Below are positions 1 to 12,778 of a stretch of DNA of 64,000 bases, piece by piece (position 1 is the first letter of the stretch; each line of letters begins with the position of its first letter). The stretch is from positions 62,808,085-62,872,084 of the forward strand of contig NC_057719.1 in assembly GCF_004010195.1 (NCBI RefSeq). Direction: 5' to 3'. The translations under genes were made by a program, and so were the position numbers. The notes beneath the pieces are model-generated. The model was not told the DNA's origin, did no database searches, and was given only the letters and a program-made list of their open reading frames with translations. Origin of the DNA: Chiloscyllium plagiosum. Lineage: Eukaryota.

Positions 1-232
1 TGGAGTTTGCACATTCTCCCCGTGTCTGCGTGGGTTTCCTCCGGGTGCTCCGGTTTCCTCCCACAGTCCAAAGATGTGCAGGTTAGGTGAATTGGCCATG
101 CTAAATAGCCCGTAGTGTTAGGTAAGGGGTAAATGTAGGGGTATGGGTGGGTTTGCTCTTCGGCGGGGCGGTGTGGACTTGTTGGGCCGAAGGGCCTGTT
201 TCCACACTGTAAGTAATCTAATCTAATCTAAA
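1..232 (+). mobile_element. HE1-like tRNA-derived SINE (V-SINE core), 5' end outside the window
   Basis: Core tggagtttgcacattctccccgtgtctgcgtgggtttcctccgggtgctccgg, CR1-like 3' end, (TAATC)n tail. Several other copies occur in the window. Confidence 0.85.
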
Positions 233-1384
233 CATCTCAAACTGCAGGAGTTTCACTTAGTGATACTGAACTGTTATTTCACTCCAGAGTTGGACCAGTG
301 CAGCAGATCTATACATTTTTGAGCATTTTTAGCCAGTAACTGTAATGGAATAAAAATACAGACAAGTCCCAGGGGTTGTGAACAAGTTCCAATCACAGGT
401 CAACATATACGCAAGTCAGAACACAATGGAGGGCAATACAAATTAGCAATCTGAAGTTTCAGAAATGGTCATATATTATGTAAACCCCTGTGTGGGAAAG
501 GTGCTGCATCTCATAAGTCAGATGTTCATGTATCAGGGACCACTTGTATGCCTTCTGTTGATGATACGTTAGTTATGTTGTTAAAACGCCCAGATGAAGA
601 GCAATCTTTAATTAAGTAAATGGAGCACTGAGAGAAACTGTTAGGTTGTGGAGGACCACTTCGCAAGTACACCACGGGCAGAGACAATGCTACATTCTGG
701 AATGAACAAACTAACGGAAAAAGGATTTGCACCTACTTCCACATTTCTTCACTGTCTAGCTTAGAATCTAATAATCAACTTCACCAAATTTATTTTCTTG
801 TGGATGTCATTGACATTTTTTTTTTCATCCCACAATATCCGAATCCCTATGTCTCCATTCCTCACCTTGCCATGTTGGTTACCCTCTGCCAGTGCTGGCA
901 TCATACTGTGCAGCAATCTTTGTGACCTGATCACCCCCTCTCTCCCCGCAGAAATCGCCAGCATTCCTCCTTGTCCACTCCCCCATGACTTCTAAAGTCA
1001 GGCATTTGCAGCAGAATGCAAACTTTCATCATACTGCCACCAGATAATCTGTGGGTGAACTGTTTAATTTCTTCTTTGAAATGAATAATGCCAGTGTCAG
1101 GACGGCAAAGCAATTTTTTCAATTGCTGACTTTCTTCTGATTATTAGAATGCCTGTCGTAAATCACGATCCCCCAGCAGTTATTATCTGGTTGAAGCATT
1201 GTTATAAATTTTCAGAAAGGATCAAGTGCAGTTGAGCAGGATTCTGTGTACAAAATTTGCATATTTAATTTTCTCTTTGCCATATTTCTTTTCAATTTGG
1301 ACACATCATCTCTGCCTCATGGATAGACAGTAGACTGCAATGTTAGAGAGGGAGGTTGGAACTCACTTGTCCCATTTCACGAGA

Positions 1385-1699
1385 TCATGAAATCCCTGCA
1401 GTGTGAAAGCAGGCCATATGGCCCATCGGGTCCACGTCGACCCTCCTAACAGCATCCTACCCAGACCTACCCCATCTCTGTAACCTGCATTTCCCATGGC
1501 AGCTCCTCCTGGCCTGCACGGTCCTGGACACTATGGGCAATTTAGCATGGCCAATCCACCTGACCTGCACATCGCTGGACTGTGGGAGGAAACCCATGCA
1601 GACACAGGGAGAATGTGCAAACTCCACACAGACAGTTGCCTGAGATTGGAATTGAACCTGGGACCCTGGCGCTGTGAGGCAACGGTGCTAACCACAGTG
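1385..1699 (-). mobile_element. HE1-like SINE
   Basis: Reverse complement of the element at 1-232, plus a tRNA-like head with a B-box-like ggttcaattcc. Confidence 0.85.
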
Positions 1700-2375
1700 C
1701 AGTCCAAAAAAATCATGTCAATCCCAGCCTGCTGTTGCAAACTGCTCAGTCTGCTAATCAGGCTGTTCGTAACAATAAAATCACATAGGGTTAGTCATGT
1801 GCCTCACCCCATGCAGAAATCCATTTTTGTTGGTCGAGAGAACCTTTGATGGAACTCTATATCTGTGCACATTAACCCTGCATCAGAAAGAGGAGTTGTC
1901 CGGACGCAGTAACCGTTGGAGAAAAGTGCCCACAGGAAACCATGTAGTTCCTTGGTTTGTGCGAACATTGTTGGTTGTTTTCAGTGAGAGAAGGACAGCT
2001 TGAGGCTGCAACTTGCAGAGCAACCATGGTTCACTTCTCAATTGGTAATAACAACTTCAATGATTTACTGAAACATTCACATTTTTCATGAAATTGAAGC
2101 CACCATGAACTAGAAACTAAAATCTAGCACACTACCATTTTCACTTTTGCCGAGTGTACACATACACAACAAGGTTTGTATCGGATTTGGATATCAATTG
2201 GCATATGGCAGGAAGAATGTTGAATTATCCATTTATCCTCTTTGTGTTTTATACTGTAAGGTATTGTGGCTCAGCACTGTTAGTAACCTTTTGATAGTCA
2301 TTAGGAAAATACACTGTCAAGAAAAGGCAATTCAACAAAGCTAACAACTTCATTGTGGGAAAATGCCCAAGAGCG

Positions 2376-2730
2376 TTAAAGTTTGGTGGAAAGTTTGGTT
2401 GAAGAGATTGACTTAATGGATGTAAGTGAAGCGATAAATGATTTTATGAGGAGAATTATAGAGATTAGAGTCCCAACAGCTGAAGGCACTACCCCACCAA
2501 TAGTGGCATGAAGGAAACTGGGAGTGTACAGGAGGTCAGAATTAAAAGAAAGCATAAGGCATAGAGTTATGGTTGGAGGAGGCTTACATAGTTGTGTGAA
2601 ATGAGACAATGAGGGAACTTGAAGAGATGTGTTTGAGAATTTTGTATTTGTGCCATTGCTGTACTAAGAACTATTGTAGGTTAGGAAGCATGGGAGGTGG
2701 ATGTAGAGGATTTGGTGTAAGTTAGGACAA
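2376..2730 (-). mobile_element. Old LINE fragment, probably L2-like
   Basis: Purine-rich degenerate repeat (cagctgaaggcact..ccaatagtgg) resembling old LINE 3' regions; no intact motif. Confidence 0.35.
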
Positions 2731-3389
2731 CAGAGGTGGAGGTGAAGGCTAAGCAAGGATTTAACAGAGTTGTTCAAAAAAAATGATGGGTTTGTCAGAA
2801 TAAATGAAGAGAACTGTTTGCAGTGACAGGAGGGTCAATCATAAAAGGACACAGATCGAAGATAATTGGTTAGTTCATTAAACAATCAACATTTCAACAA
2901 TTGGTTATTTCGATTTGATCTTTGTTGTATCAGTTTATGATTCTAGAAGTAAATTAGAAAAATCCAATCAAGTAATAATAAACAGATAGATAAGAGTTTG
3001 GGAAGCAAATGGTGTAAGGCAGGACTGGAGATTGCTTACTTCCAACTTTGCAGTAACAACAATATTATTAAATTCGGCACAACCAATGGGATTTTTATTG
3101 CATTGACTCATCAAAACTGAGACTTACCTGCCTTGCTGTATCCTTTAGCGTTAATTGTCCCAAGATGAGCTTTTTGTCTGGACATTCCTATATCCAGAAC
3201 CGCAATGTCCCGTTGGACACACCTGTCATCGCATGAATTGACCTTTTCTGGAAAATTGAAGATACACAGGTGACAGATCACTGTGTTGAAGTTCATTGTT
3301 GCAGTGGCACAGCTCACAGGCCTGACCAGCAGTTTCATCCAGCTATCTGCTACCAGCCCTTAGACAACTTGGATTATCATGAGTGGGCA

Positions 3390-3481
3390 ATGTGTAAACT
3401 GCACATGGAGAGTTGCCTGAGATAGAATTGGACCTGGGTTTCTGGCACTGTGAGGCAGCAGTGCTAACCACAGAGCCGCCC
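3390..3481 (-). mobile_element. HE1-like SINE 5' fragment
   Basis: ggcactgtgaggcagcagtgctaaccacagagccgcc matches the SINE head of the other copies. Confidence 0.7.
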
Positions 3482-5086
3482 TAAAAACTGAAAAGAGACC
3501 GAAACCTTGGAGTTTGCTTTCTTTTTTCTGTTGCATGACCTCAGTCACCTTGTTCTGGAAAGAACTAATATTTCCCCTCTTGTCATTACAATCTTCTGTT
3601 GGACAAATGCTAAATTCTTAATACCAGGAATGCTTTGAATCCTTGGGTATCATTAGACCCCTGCCTAGTTTAACCGGGGGAGAAAAGAAGTCAGGATTAA
3701 ATTTTGTTCCCCAAAATCCAAAGCAGAAATGAGCAATCATAATTCCACCAATATAAGATGTATCTTTGCAGAAGCTTCAATTCAATGTAATTGCATCTTT
3801 ATTTGATTTAGTGGGATTGAAGCAAGCTATGCTGCCTGGATTTTAGTTATACAATACTCTTCCTTATGATTCTACATTGTGTGTTACTTTAATATATGTT
3901 TCATATTTCTGCCCCTCAAAGCTGAACTTTAAGAACAGCTGCTGTGGCTTGTTTCTGAAGCAATAAATCCATGTATGAGTAATAGTAATACCCGTTCTGT
4001 ACGCATTCGGAAAGAAAACGCCCGTTAACGAACTGGTGATCAAACTTTCTTGCCTCTGTTTTTGTCTTCTGCTTTGTGTTGTATTTGGAAGCTGTTTGTG
4101 GGACTGTCCTACATTAAAACAGCAATATTTGTCCAGTATATCTCAATGTATCAGCAATGATTTTTAGCATACAGTGAGTCACAGTGCTGCCGTGATGTGA
4201 ACTAGCATTCTTAATAATATACTGTTAAAATTAATTGGGCATTCCTATAAAATCATAGGATATTCCCTTTAGCTTCCAAATCTAAAATCACAAGTGTTCG
4301 TGAGTAACTTAGGATGACAGAGTAAACCACTGGTTCATAGAATATCACTTCAGATGAGAGTCTCATGTGTTGTGTTGCTACTGAGCTGCTCACTGAAATG
4401 CTGTGGCTCTATCACAAAGGCATCTCATAACTAGAGACTTTCACCCAAGCAAAATCAGATGTCAATTTGCCAGTCGAGAATGAGGAGACATGGGATTAAT
4501 TTATTTGTTTTTTTTCTGTTTGTTGCTCAATTGTTCTGAAGTCTTGTTGGGTGGAGCCTGTTTACCATAGGGACATATTGCGATCATCGGTTTATTCCAT
4601 GGGATGTTCCTTCACCTCTGTTCTTGGTGAGAGATGAGGTGTGGGCCAACTGAAGGAGAAATCCAGGACTGGCTATACTATACTTGGTGTTCCTGAGCAC
4701 AGTGCAGATCAGAATCTTCTGGCAGATATTCACATGCCTTGATTCCTTGCCTTGCAGACGTGCTGATTGCATCACCAAACCTGGCAATGTCCTTTTCCTG
4801 TTTTCCACAGACTTGCTTTCTCCGACAACATGGCCACTTCTCAACAAAATCTGTAAATTCTCAACCTTGGTAACTGTCAGAAACTTTCCAGGAACACTGT
4901 ACACACGCAGTAACTTTGGTACTGACATGCTTGGGTCAAATGTTACGAGTATAGGGAACTATTATTTTCTAATGCAATGTGTCTCTATAACCCAGGCATG
5001 TAATTCAAGTGGCCTGGACCCTGCCCTACACGTGCTGCCTCAGGAGCCGAAACACAAGATACATTTTGCTGACTTGTATAGATAGT

Positions 5087-5952
5087 ATTGTATTGAATTG
5101 AATTGAATTTATTATCACGTGTACCGAGGCACAGTGAAAAGCTTTGTCTTGTGAGCAATACAGGTAGATCACATAGTTAAGTAACGTAGACAGTAAATAA
5201 TAGGTAAACAGTGGCAAAAACAAAAACACAGATACAGGTGAATGTTAAGAGTTGGTGAGTCCATTCAGTGTTCTAGCAACAATCAGGTAGAAACTGTTAC
5301 GAATCCGGCTGGTGCATGTGTTCAGGCTTCTGTACCTTCTCCCTGATGGTAGAGGTTGTAGAAAAACATTGCCAGGGTGGGATGGATCTTTGAGAGTGCT
5401 GGCAGCCTTTCCTTGACAACAGGCCTGATAGATAGATAGAGTCTATAGATGGGAGGTTAGCCTTTGTGATTGTCCGGGCCGAGTTCACCACTCTCTGTAA
5501 CCATCTCCGATCTTGAATGGTATAGTTGCCATAACCAGGTAGTGATACATCCAGACAGAATGCTGTCAATGGCACACCTATAAAAATTGGCAATTGTGTT
5601 CACCGTCATGCCAGATTTCCTCAGCTGCCTGAGGAAGAAGAGACGTTGTTGGGCCTTTGTAACCAGTGTGTCCACATGAAGAGTCCAAGAAAGCTTGCTG
5701 TCGATGGCCACTCCCAGGAGCTTGACACTCTCCACTCGTTCCAACTCTGTGCCATTAATGTGTAGGGGAGCATGAGTAACATCCCGCCGAAAGTCAGTAA
5801 TGAGTTCCTTGGTTTTGCTGGTATTGAGAGCTAAGTTGTTCTCAGTGCGCCATTTTTCCAGATCTCCACCTCCCTGTCTGTAGTCTGTTTCATCACCATC
5901 TGAGATTCGACCAACTTTGGTGGTGTCATCAGCAAACTTGTAAATGGCATTA
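5087..5952 (-). mobile_element. Rex1/Babar-like LINE, 5'-truncated RT end
   Basis: ORF 5457-5966 has YKFADDT, NLALNTSKTKEL and KAQQRLFFLRQLRK; frameshifted; (TTCAA)n tail near 5090-5110. Confidence 0.85.
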
Positions 5953-7309
5953 GGAGCTTCTAGCAATACAGGTTACTCCTACCTCATAGCAACTGAGCTC
6001 TGTCACTGCTTTTAGTGTGCATTCAGATTACTTTCCTCTACCTAGGGAGGAGTAGTTGATGTGTGACATTCTTCTACTCCATGTAAATGTGCCAGACATG
6101 AGAGTGTGGCTCATTTCCTGCGTATTGTCTTATCTTCAAATAATGTGAACTAGGAGACTATGTACAGATATCCACCCTCAAACACAGCTGCTATTGCCTG
6201 TGTTCAGATTCATGGAATTACTACATTGCATCCTGTTCCCAGTGATCGTGACAGTCAGCAGTTGAAGAGATACCCCTTTAAAGGTACATGCACATCATAA
6301 CGTAACAATGAACAGGGAAGAGGATTGTCAAAGAGTACTGGGGTGCATGCATCAGATCCACCTTATGTTTTGTTGAACATAATGATGTTTGAACACTTAA
6401 TTGTGACGAAAAAATAACGAAGTGGCTTTATGGTGGATGGAGGTGGAGAGAGCAGACAGGAAAGTGGAACTGAGATCCCGACCAGATCATTTGAGATTCA
6501 GCTGACGGTTAGATGGGCTGAGTGGCTGACTCAGTTGTGTCCGATGAGACAGGTAGATACACATTTGGATTCACAGCACTGAGTGTAGATTTCAGCCTGA
6601 ATATGGGATGTATTAAAAAGGTACCAGTATTGCGGGAGCTGCATCTCAGCCAAGGCTGGTAAATGATGCAGCTCATGCATGACTGAGCCCAGTGGGAAAA
6701 GAGAGGGGGAGGAATGGGTGGAAGAGAGGGTTGTAGCAAAGAAAGAATTAAAACCTTAGAAAGTGACACAGACTCGGTAAACCGAGAAATGTGGATGTGA
6801 TTCATCGCAGGTGAAGTAAAAACACTTTCCAACTAACAGAATAATCAGGTGGTCACATAATGGTTTCTGACCTTTTGGAGTTGCTGCGTGTTTATTTTGC
6901 AGAACACGAAAGCATGCAATTTCAGGAGGTTAGAACAAAATGAGGCTCGAGTCTTTGCTAAGGGTACAAAAGTTAAGAATCCCATTTTTCACTGCTCAAG
7001 TCGGTTCATAAATTGCTAGTTGAGTAAGTTGTGTTTCTTGTGAACTACCTCGAGAAACCCTGGAATTAATAAACTGGCTATGCATTGAGAAAGCCACAAG
7101 TGCATCAAGAAATTATTGAGAACATTCATTACACCTTCTCTGTAAACCTCGTCTCAGGCAGCCTAAATTATGTAAAGAAAAGGAAGCACAGTCATTTTCT
7201 GTTGATTTATTCAGGTCTGGCAGGCAAAATTTACAAGTACGTCCAAATCTGAAAATTTCCCTCATCAAATAGCAATTAAGCCCTTGATTGATAACACCGC
7301 AATTCAATT

Positions 7310-7560
7310 GTAACCCCGTATTTCCCATGGCTAATCCACCTAGCCTGTGTATCCTGGACACTGAGTAATCTAGCATGGCTAACCACCTTACCTGCACATC
7401 TTTGTGGACTGTGGGAGGAAACCAGAGCACCCGGAGAAAACCCATGCAGATACAGGGAGAATGTGCAAACTCCACACAGACAGTCACCCAAAACTGGAAT
7501 CGAACCCAGTTCCTGGTGCTGTGAGGCAGTAGTGTGAACCACTGAGCTACCGTGCCACCC
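7310..7560 (-). mobile_element. HE1-like SINE
   Basis: tRNA-like head (gggtggcacggtagctcagtgg on -) and V-SINE core. Confidence 0.85.
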
Positions 7561-8553
7561 ACATCTCAGAATATTTTGTGCAGAAGGTAACTCCAGTTTT
7601 AAATCCCATCAATGATTTTCTTAATGAAGCAATGGGATATTCTCATAAGTTTGATGAAAAGAAGACATCAAGATGGATGTATTAAGTGAAAGTTCTCCCC
7701 TTCAGAGACTGATCAAGAAGCAATTCCATAACTTGTTCAAAAATATTTAGAAAAAAAACTCCCTCTTAAATAAGTACATCTGGCAGAATATTACAGTAAC
7801 GCACCACCAGATGTGAAGGCAGCAATTGGAAGACCCACACAATATGTGTGGCCTGTCTTCTGCTTAATCACCTGCCCAATGTGTCTGCTGTTTTACATGG
7901 GGGCAGTGCCTGTCTGCCCTTGGACCTATTGGACCTTGGCAATTTGTAGCCACTTAAGTGCCTTAATCCTGCCTCAATACAGGTCAGTAACCTGGCAGTA
8001 TTTACTGGGTAAGCTAGTGTCAGGTAAGGGATAGGTGGGGTCAGGGAGGGAGGGGATCTACTTTTAAAGGCTGCTGCACCAATTGAATGAATGACCCAAC
8101 TCATGACCTTTCAAATCCAGTGCCCCTCTCTGCGTCTTGTTGGGAGCCAGCAGACGGGGCCCCATGAATGCCCTAGGCATACTTTTGCACCAGCCTTTGT
8201 GAGTTCTTCCCTTTTTTGGGGACTGGCTATAGTCACAGGCGCACCCAATGCTCCTGGCCATCCCAATGACCCGCAATCACCTCAGACGGGACTCTCACTC
8301 CTTCTCAGGGACCATGTTTTGCCCTGTCGAATGTGAAACAGCAGCAGGGTGGCCGAGATCAGTGAATTCCGAAGAAAGCCCTGCCCTCCGTTTATCGCAA
8401 CATAAAACACTTGCCCTTGCTTCCCAAGGGGTTCCTATTAACTCGCTGCTCATTCTCAACCTGACTTCCTACCTGTTTTTGCAGTTCCCAAAAAACTCAA
8501 GATAATCTTATGTTTAGAGTGTAGGTTTGCTCGCTGGGCTGTAGGTTTGATAT

Positions 8554-8593
8554 CCAGACGTTTCATTACCTGGCTAGGTAACATCATCAGTGG
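8554..8593 (-). ncRNA. Minimal type I hammerhead motif, mirror copy
   Basis: Exact reverse complement of 9142-9181. Confidence 0.72.
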
Positions 8594-9141
8594 CGACCTC
8601 CAAGTGAAGTGAAGCTGTTGTCTCCTGCTTTCTATTTATATCTTTCTCCTGGATGGGGTTCCTGGGGTTTGTGATGATGTCATTTCCTGTTCGTTTTCTG
8701 AGGGGTTGATAGATGGCATCTAGATCTATGTGTTTGTTTATGGCGTTGTGGTTGGAGTGCCAGGCCTCTAGGAATTCTCTAGTGTCTTTGCTCAGCCTGT
8801 CCCATGACAGGCTACACCAGGATACACGAACACCAGCTCGTCACAAAAAGACACGACCCTCTCTCCCTCGTAGCCCTACACACGGATGAAAAAAACCCAC
8901 CAAATTGACTGGGACAACATATCTATCCTGGGGCAGGCTAAGCAAAGACACGCCGGAGAATTTCTCGAGGCCTGGCACTCCAACCACAATGCCATAAACA
9001 AACACATAGATCTAGATACCATCTATCAACCCCTCAGAAAACTAACAGGAAATGACATCACCACAAATCCCAGGTACCCCATCCAGAACAAACATATAAA
9101 TAGAAAGCAGGAGACAACAGCTTCACTTCACTTGGAGGTCA

Positions 9142-9181
9142 CCACTGATGATGTTACCTAGCCAGGTAATGAAACGTCTGG
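9142..9181 (+). ncRNA. Minimal type I hammerhead ribozyme motif (PLE-associated)
   Basis: CCA-CTGATGA-T-GTTACCT-AGCC-AGGTAAT-GAAAC-GTC-TGG: core boxes, stem II, GUC cleavage triplet, CCA/TGG stem I. Confidence 0.75.
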
Positions 9182-10254
9182 ATATCAAACCTACAGCTCA
9201 GCGAGCAAACCTACACCCTAAACTTCAACCTGAGCTACAAACCTTCACAATCCTTGCATAATCTTATCTGCCGTTATCGTCATGAGCAAAATCCCTCTTC
9301 AGGAACTTCTGGAAGCGCAACATAATTAGTCCATTAGTCCGCAAATTGGACAGATCTAGCTCAGAATGCAAGGCGAATGGGAGAATGAAGTGATTGAAAG
9401 ATTCATTGACAGTTCCAGTGCTGTGAGTGACAGCTCCGAGAGTGAAATGAGCTGCCAGGGACTGATGTGCTGTCTACAGTTAGGCAGCAATTGAAAAGGC
9501 ACTTCATAAAAATAATGATTTTTGTAACTTTGCTGCTTATTTCCTGTGTTCAGAAAGATTGAGTGTGGCATGACGCGGCTAACACAGTGGCTTGAGGTTT
9601 CAGGCAGCTACAGTTCTGTTTTGTGCTAACGCTGTTTGCCGGCACAAATCCAAATGACATCTGACACGACTCAATGAATTGTTACAGAGAAAATGCTTTT
9701 CCCTATCATTCAGATTCAAAACCAGACATGCATGTGTTTGTTAAATTGGAAGAAAAATGCCTGCAGAACAATGCTATGTATCACAAGTTCAAAAAAAACA
9801 TGCACAGTTTCTGCTAAGAAGGTTGGTCTGTCAAAGTGTGTGAATTTGGTGAAAGGTTGAGTTAAATATTAAATGGCTTATATGTCAGTGTCCAAAAACT
9901 TCAAGATAGAGCACACATATTGGGAAATACCTTGACACTTTGACAGCCATGTTGAAGTATTTGTTGCATTCTACTTTCTCACTTATCTCACCCTTTCCAG
10001 CTATTGCAAGATAATCAATCACAGCAAATTAAATATCTTATTGGAAAACACAATTATAACCAATTACTTCATGTTCTTCTCTAAAGTCCACATTCAGTCA
10101 ACTGTCAGAGACTGAAGTAAAGTGATAATTCCTTTGGACTGTCATACATCAAGCGTGGGAGAATAGAACATTTTGTTGCTGTAGTAGTACTGCATTGTCA
10201 ATGCAAGGTTTCAGGAATCAGTTAGCTGGAACGTTGGTTTGCGACACCTCACCT

Positions 10255-10412
10255 CATGAGAGCAGCCCGATTGGCGGTGATTTAATCTGAGGGTCACCTC
10301 ACCTCAGGCTAGGGGAGAAATTGAGAAGGGAGAGTCCTTCACGGTAACCTCAGGCAGTGCGGGAATTGAACCCATGCTGTTAGCATCACTCTGCATTGCA
10401 ACTGAGCTAACC
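10255..10412 (-). mobile_element. tRNA-derived SINE-like repeat (family distinct from HE1-like)
   Basis: On the - strand: ggttagctcagttg (A-box-like) and gggttcaattcccg (B-box-like). Confidence 0.55.
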
Positions 10413-10975
10413 AGCACTCAATTTTGCTTGTGTCATCCGCAAAGTTATCCACCATTGCCATTGGTTCCATCATCTAAGTCAGATTGCAAAAATTTGAGGC
10501 CCTCGCTCAGAGCTCTGTGGAATCCCCACTCCTCGCATCCTGCCTATCTGAAAAATAGCCATTTTATTCATACTCTCTGTTTTCTGTAAAACCAGCCAGT
10601 TCTTTTTCCTTGCCAGCATATTAGCCTGTTCGCCATGAATTCCCACTTTGCACAACACTGTAACCTTTTTTGTGGGATATTATCAAATTCCTTTTGGAAA
10701 TGCAGTTACCCATGTATCCACAGTGTATGTTACTCATTCAAAGAATTCCATTATCGTCGTCTCAGAATCCTTAGTGTAGAAGCAGACCATTCAGCCCATC
10801 GTGTCTACACCGACCCTCTAAAAAGTACCCCACCCAGATTCACCCCCTGACCTTATCCCTGTCACCCTGCATTTCCTTTTGCTGTCTTTTCCTGTTTAGA
10901 TACTTATTGGAACTCTTGCTATCTGTTTTTACATTTCTAGCTAGCTTCCTCTCATGCTAATTAACCTTTCAGTCC

Positions 10976-11957
10976 AGAATCACACAGCACAGAAGCAGAC
11001 TCTTTGGTCCAACTCATCAGCACCAACCAAACATCCTAATCTGACCTAGTCCCATTTGTCAACATTTGGCCTATATCTCCCTAAACTCTTGCTATTCATA
11101 TATCATCCAGATGCCTTTTAAATGTTGTAAAGATACCCACGTCCATCCTTCCTCTGGCAGCTCCTTGCATACACACACAACGTTTTCCATGAAAAATGTT
11201 ATCCCTCAAGGCCTTTTTAAATCTTTCCCCTCTCACCTTAAACCTATGACCTCTAGTTTTGGATTTCCCACTCCAGAAAAAAGACCTTGGTTATCACTCT
11301 ATCCTGTGCCCCTCATGATTTTATAAACATCTCTAAGGTCACCCTTCAGGCCTCTGATGCTCCAGAGGGAAAAATGCCTTAGCCTATTTAGCCTCTCCTT
11401 CTAGCTCAAGTCCTCTGTGCTCAGCAACATCCTTGTAATGTTTTTCTGTACCTTCTCAAGTTTAACAGCATCCTACCTATAGAAGGGCAACCAAAATTGA
11501 ATGCAGTATTCTAAATGTAGTCTCACCAATGTCTTGTTCAGCCACAACATGATGTCTCAACTCCTATACTCGTTGTTCTGGCCAATGAAAACAAGTGTGC
11601 CAAACACCTTTGTCACCATCATGTGTCTACTTTAAATGAACTATAAGCCTGCACCCAAGGTATCTTTTTCCAGCAACACTCCCTAGGACCCTACCCTAGC
11701 CCTGATTTGCCTTTCCAAAATGCAATGCCTCACATTTATCTAAATTAAACTCCACCTAACACATCTTGGCTCGTTGGCCCATCTGATCAAGGTCCTGTTG
11801 TACTCTAAGATAATCATCTTCTCTGTCTACTGCATCACTTATTTTTGTGTCATCTGCAAAGTTACTCACCATGTCTCCTATATTCACATCCAAATTATTT
11901 ATATAAATGACAAAGAGCAGTGGATCCAGCACTGATCCTGATGGCACACCACTGGTC
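10976..11957 (-). mobile_element. CR1 (HER1-like) LINE 3' portion
   Basis: GSVLDPLLFVIYINNLD..SNFADDTKI RT motifs; 3' region similar to other CR1 copies in the window. Confidence 0.88.
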
Positions 11958-12649
11958 GTTCTTTACCATTCTTTGAACTTTGACCAATCAACTAACTTGC
12001 GTCTCATCTTTGCCCAGTTACAATTTTTAAAATTTAAATTTCATGGTTTTCTTAACTTCCTTGGTTGACCACGGATGGCAGGTCTGCCAGTGCAAGTTTC
12101 TTTTTGATAGGAATGTCGAGATTCTGAGTATCCACCGCTTGCCTCCTAATTTATCTTCTAGCACAGCTCACTTCAGCTAACTTTTATCTTATCCTCACTT
12201 AATTGCCCTTATTTAAATTGAAAATGCTACTCTTATACCCACTCTTCTCTCTTTCAAACTGGAAGTAAAGTTCAATCATATGGTTGCTGTTACCTAGGAA
12301 TGCCTTTACTTCGAAGTCTTTAATTAATCCGATCACATTATACACTACCAAGTCTATTATAGCCAGCTCTCTGGTCAATTCCAAAATATGCTGCTCTAAG
12401 AACCTATCTTAAAAGCATCAAGGTTAATATTACCAATCTGATTTTTCTAATTTATGTGTAAATTAAAATTACCCATAACTATTGTCATCTCTTTATCACA
12501 GGTACTTAATATTTCTTCTTGTATACTTCTTCTTACATCATGGTTGCTGTTTGTGGGCTTGTACATCACTTCCACGAGTGAATTATTTCCCCTAATTTTC
12601 CTCCTCTTCACTTAGTTGGTACAACCTCATCTCCTGATTCTAAAGTCAT

Positions 12650-12778
12650 CCAGGAGAAAGTGAGGACTGCAGATGCTGGAGATCAAAACCGAAGTGTGGT
12701 GCTGGAAAAGTACAGCAGTTAAGGCAGCATCTGTTCTCCTCGGATGTGCTTTTCCAGCACCACACTCTTTGACTCTGA
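12650..12778. mobile_element. Mini fold-back Penelope terminal remnant
   Basis: ggagaaagtgaggactgcagatgctggagatc terminus with an inverted partial copy; imperfect TSD ttctaaa(g/a)t(c/t)at at ~12638-12649 and ~12779-12790. Confidence 0.7.

Larger units (their letters stand above)
8512..9257 (+). mobile_element. Penelope-like element, truncated, with inverted duplication of its 3' part
   Basis: GIY-YIG C-terminal remnant (RIHEHQL..KRHDPLSLVALH; DWDNISILGQAKQRHAGEFLEAWHS). Inverted arms ~8513-8804 and ~8929-9222. TSD ATAATCTTAT at 8502-8511 and 9258-9267. Confidence 0.88.

Noticed and set aside
7460..7560. tRNA gene
   Set aside because: The A/B-box-like sequence is the head of a SINE; there is no full cloverleaf.
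7780..8490. GC-richer tract, possibly a non-autonomous DNA transposon; 15225-15900, 37930-38420 and 42500-43700 look similarly repeat-like
   Set aside because: No termini, TSD or protein motif could be established by eye; left unclassified.
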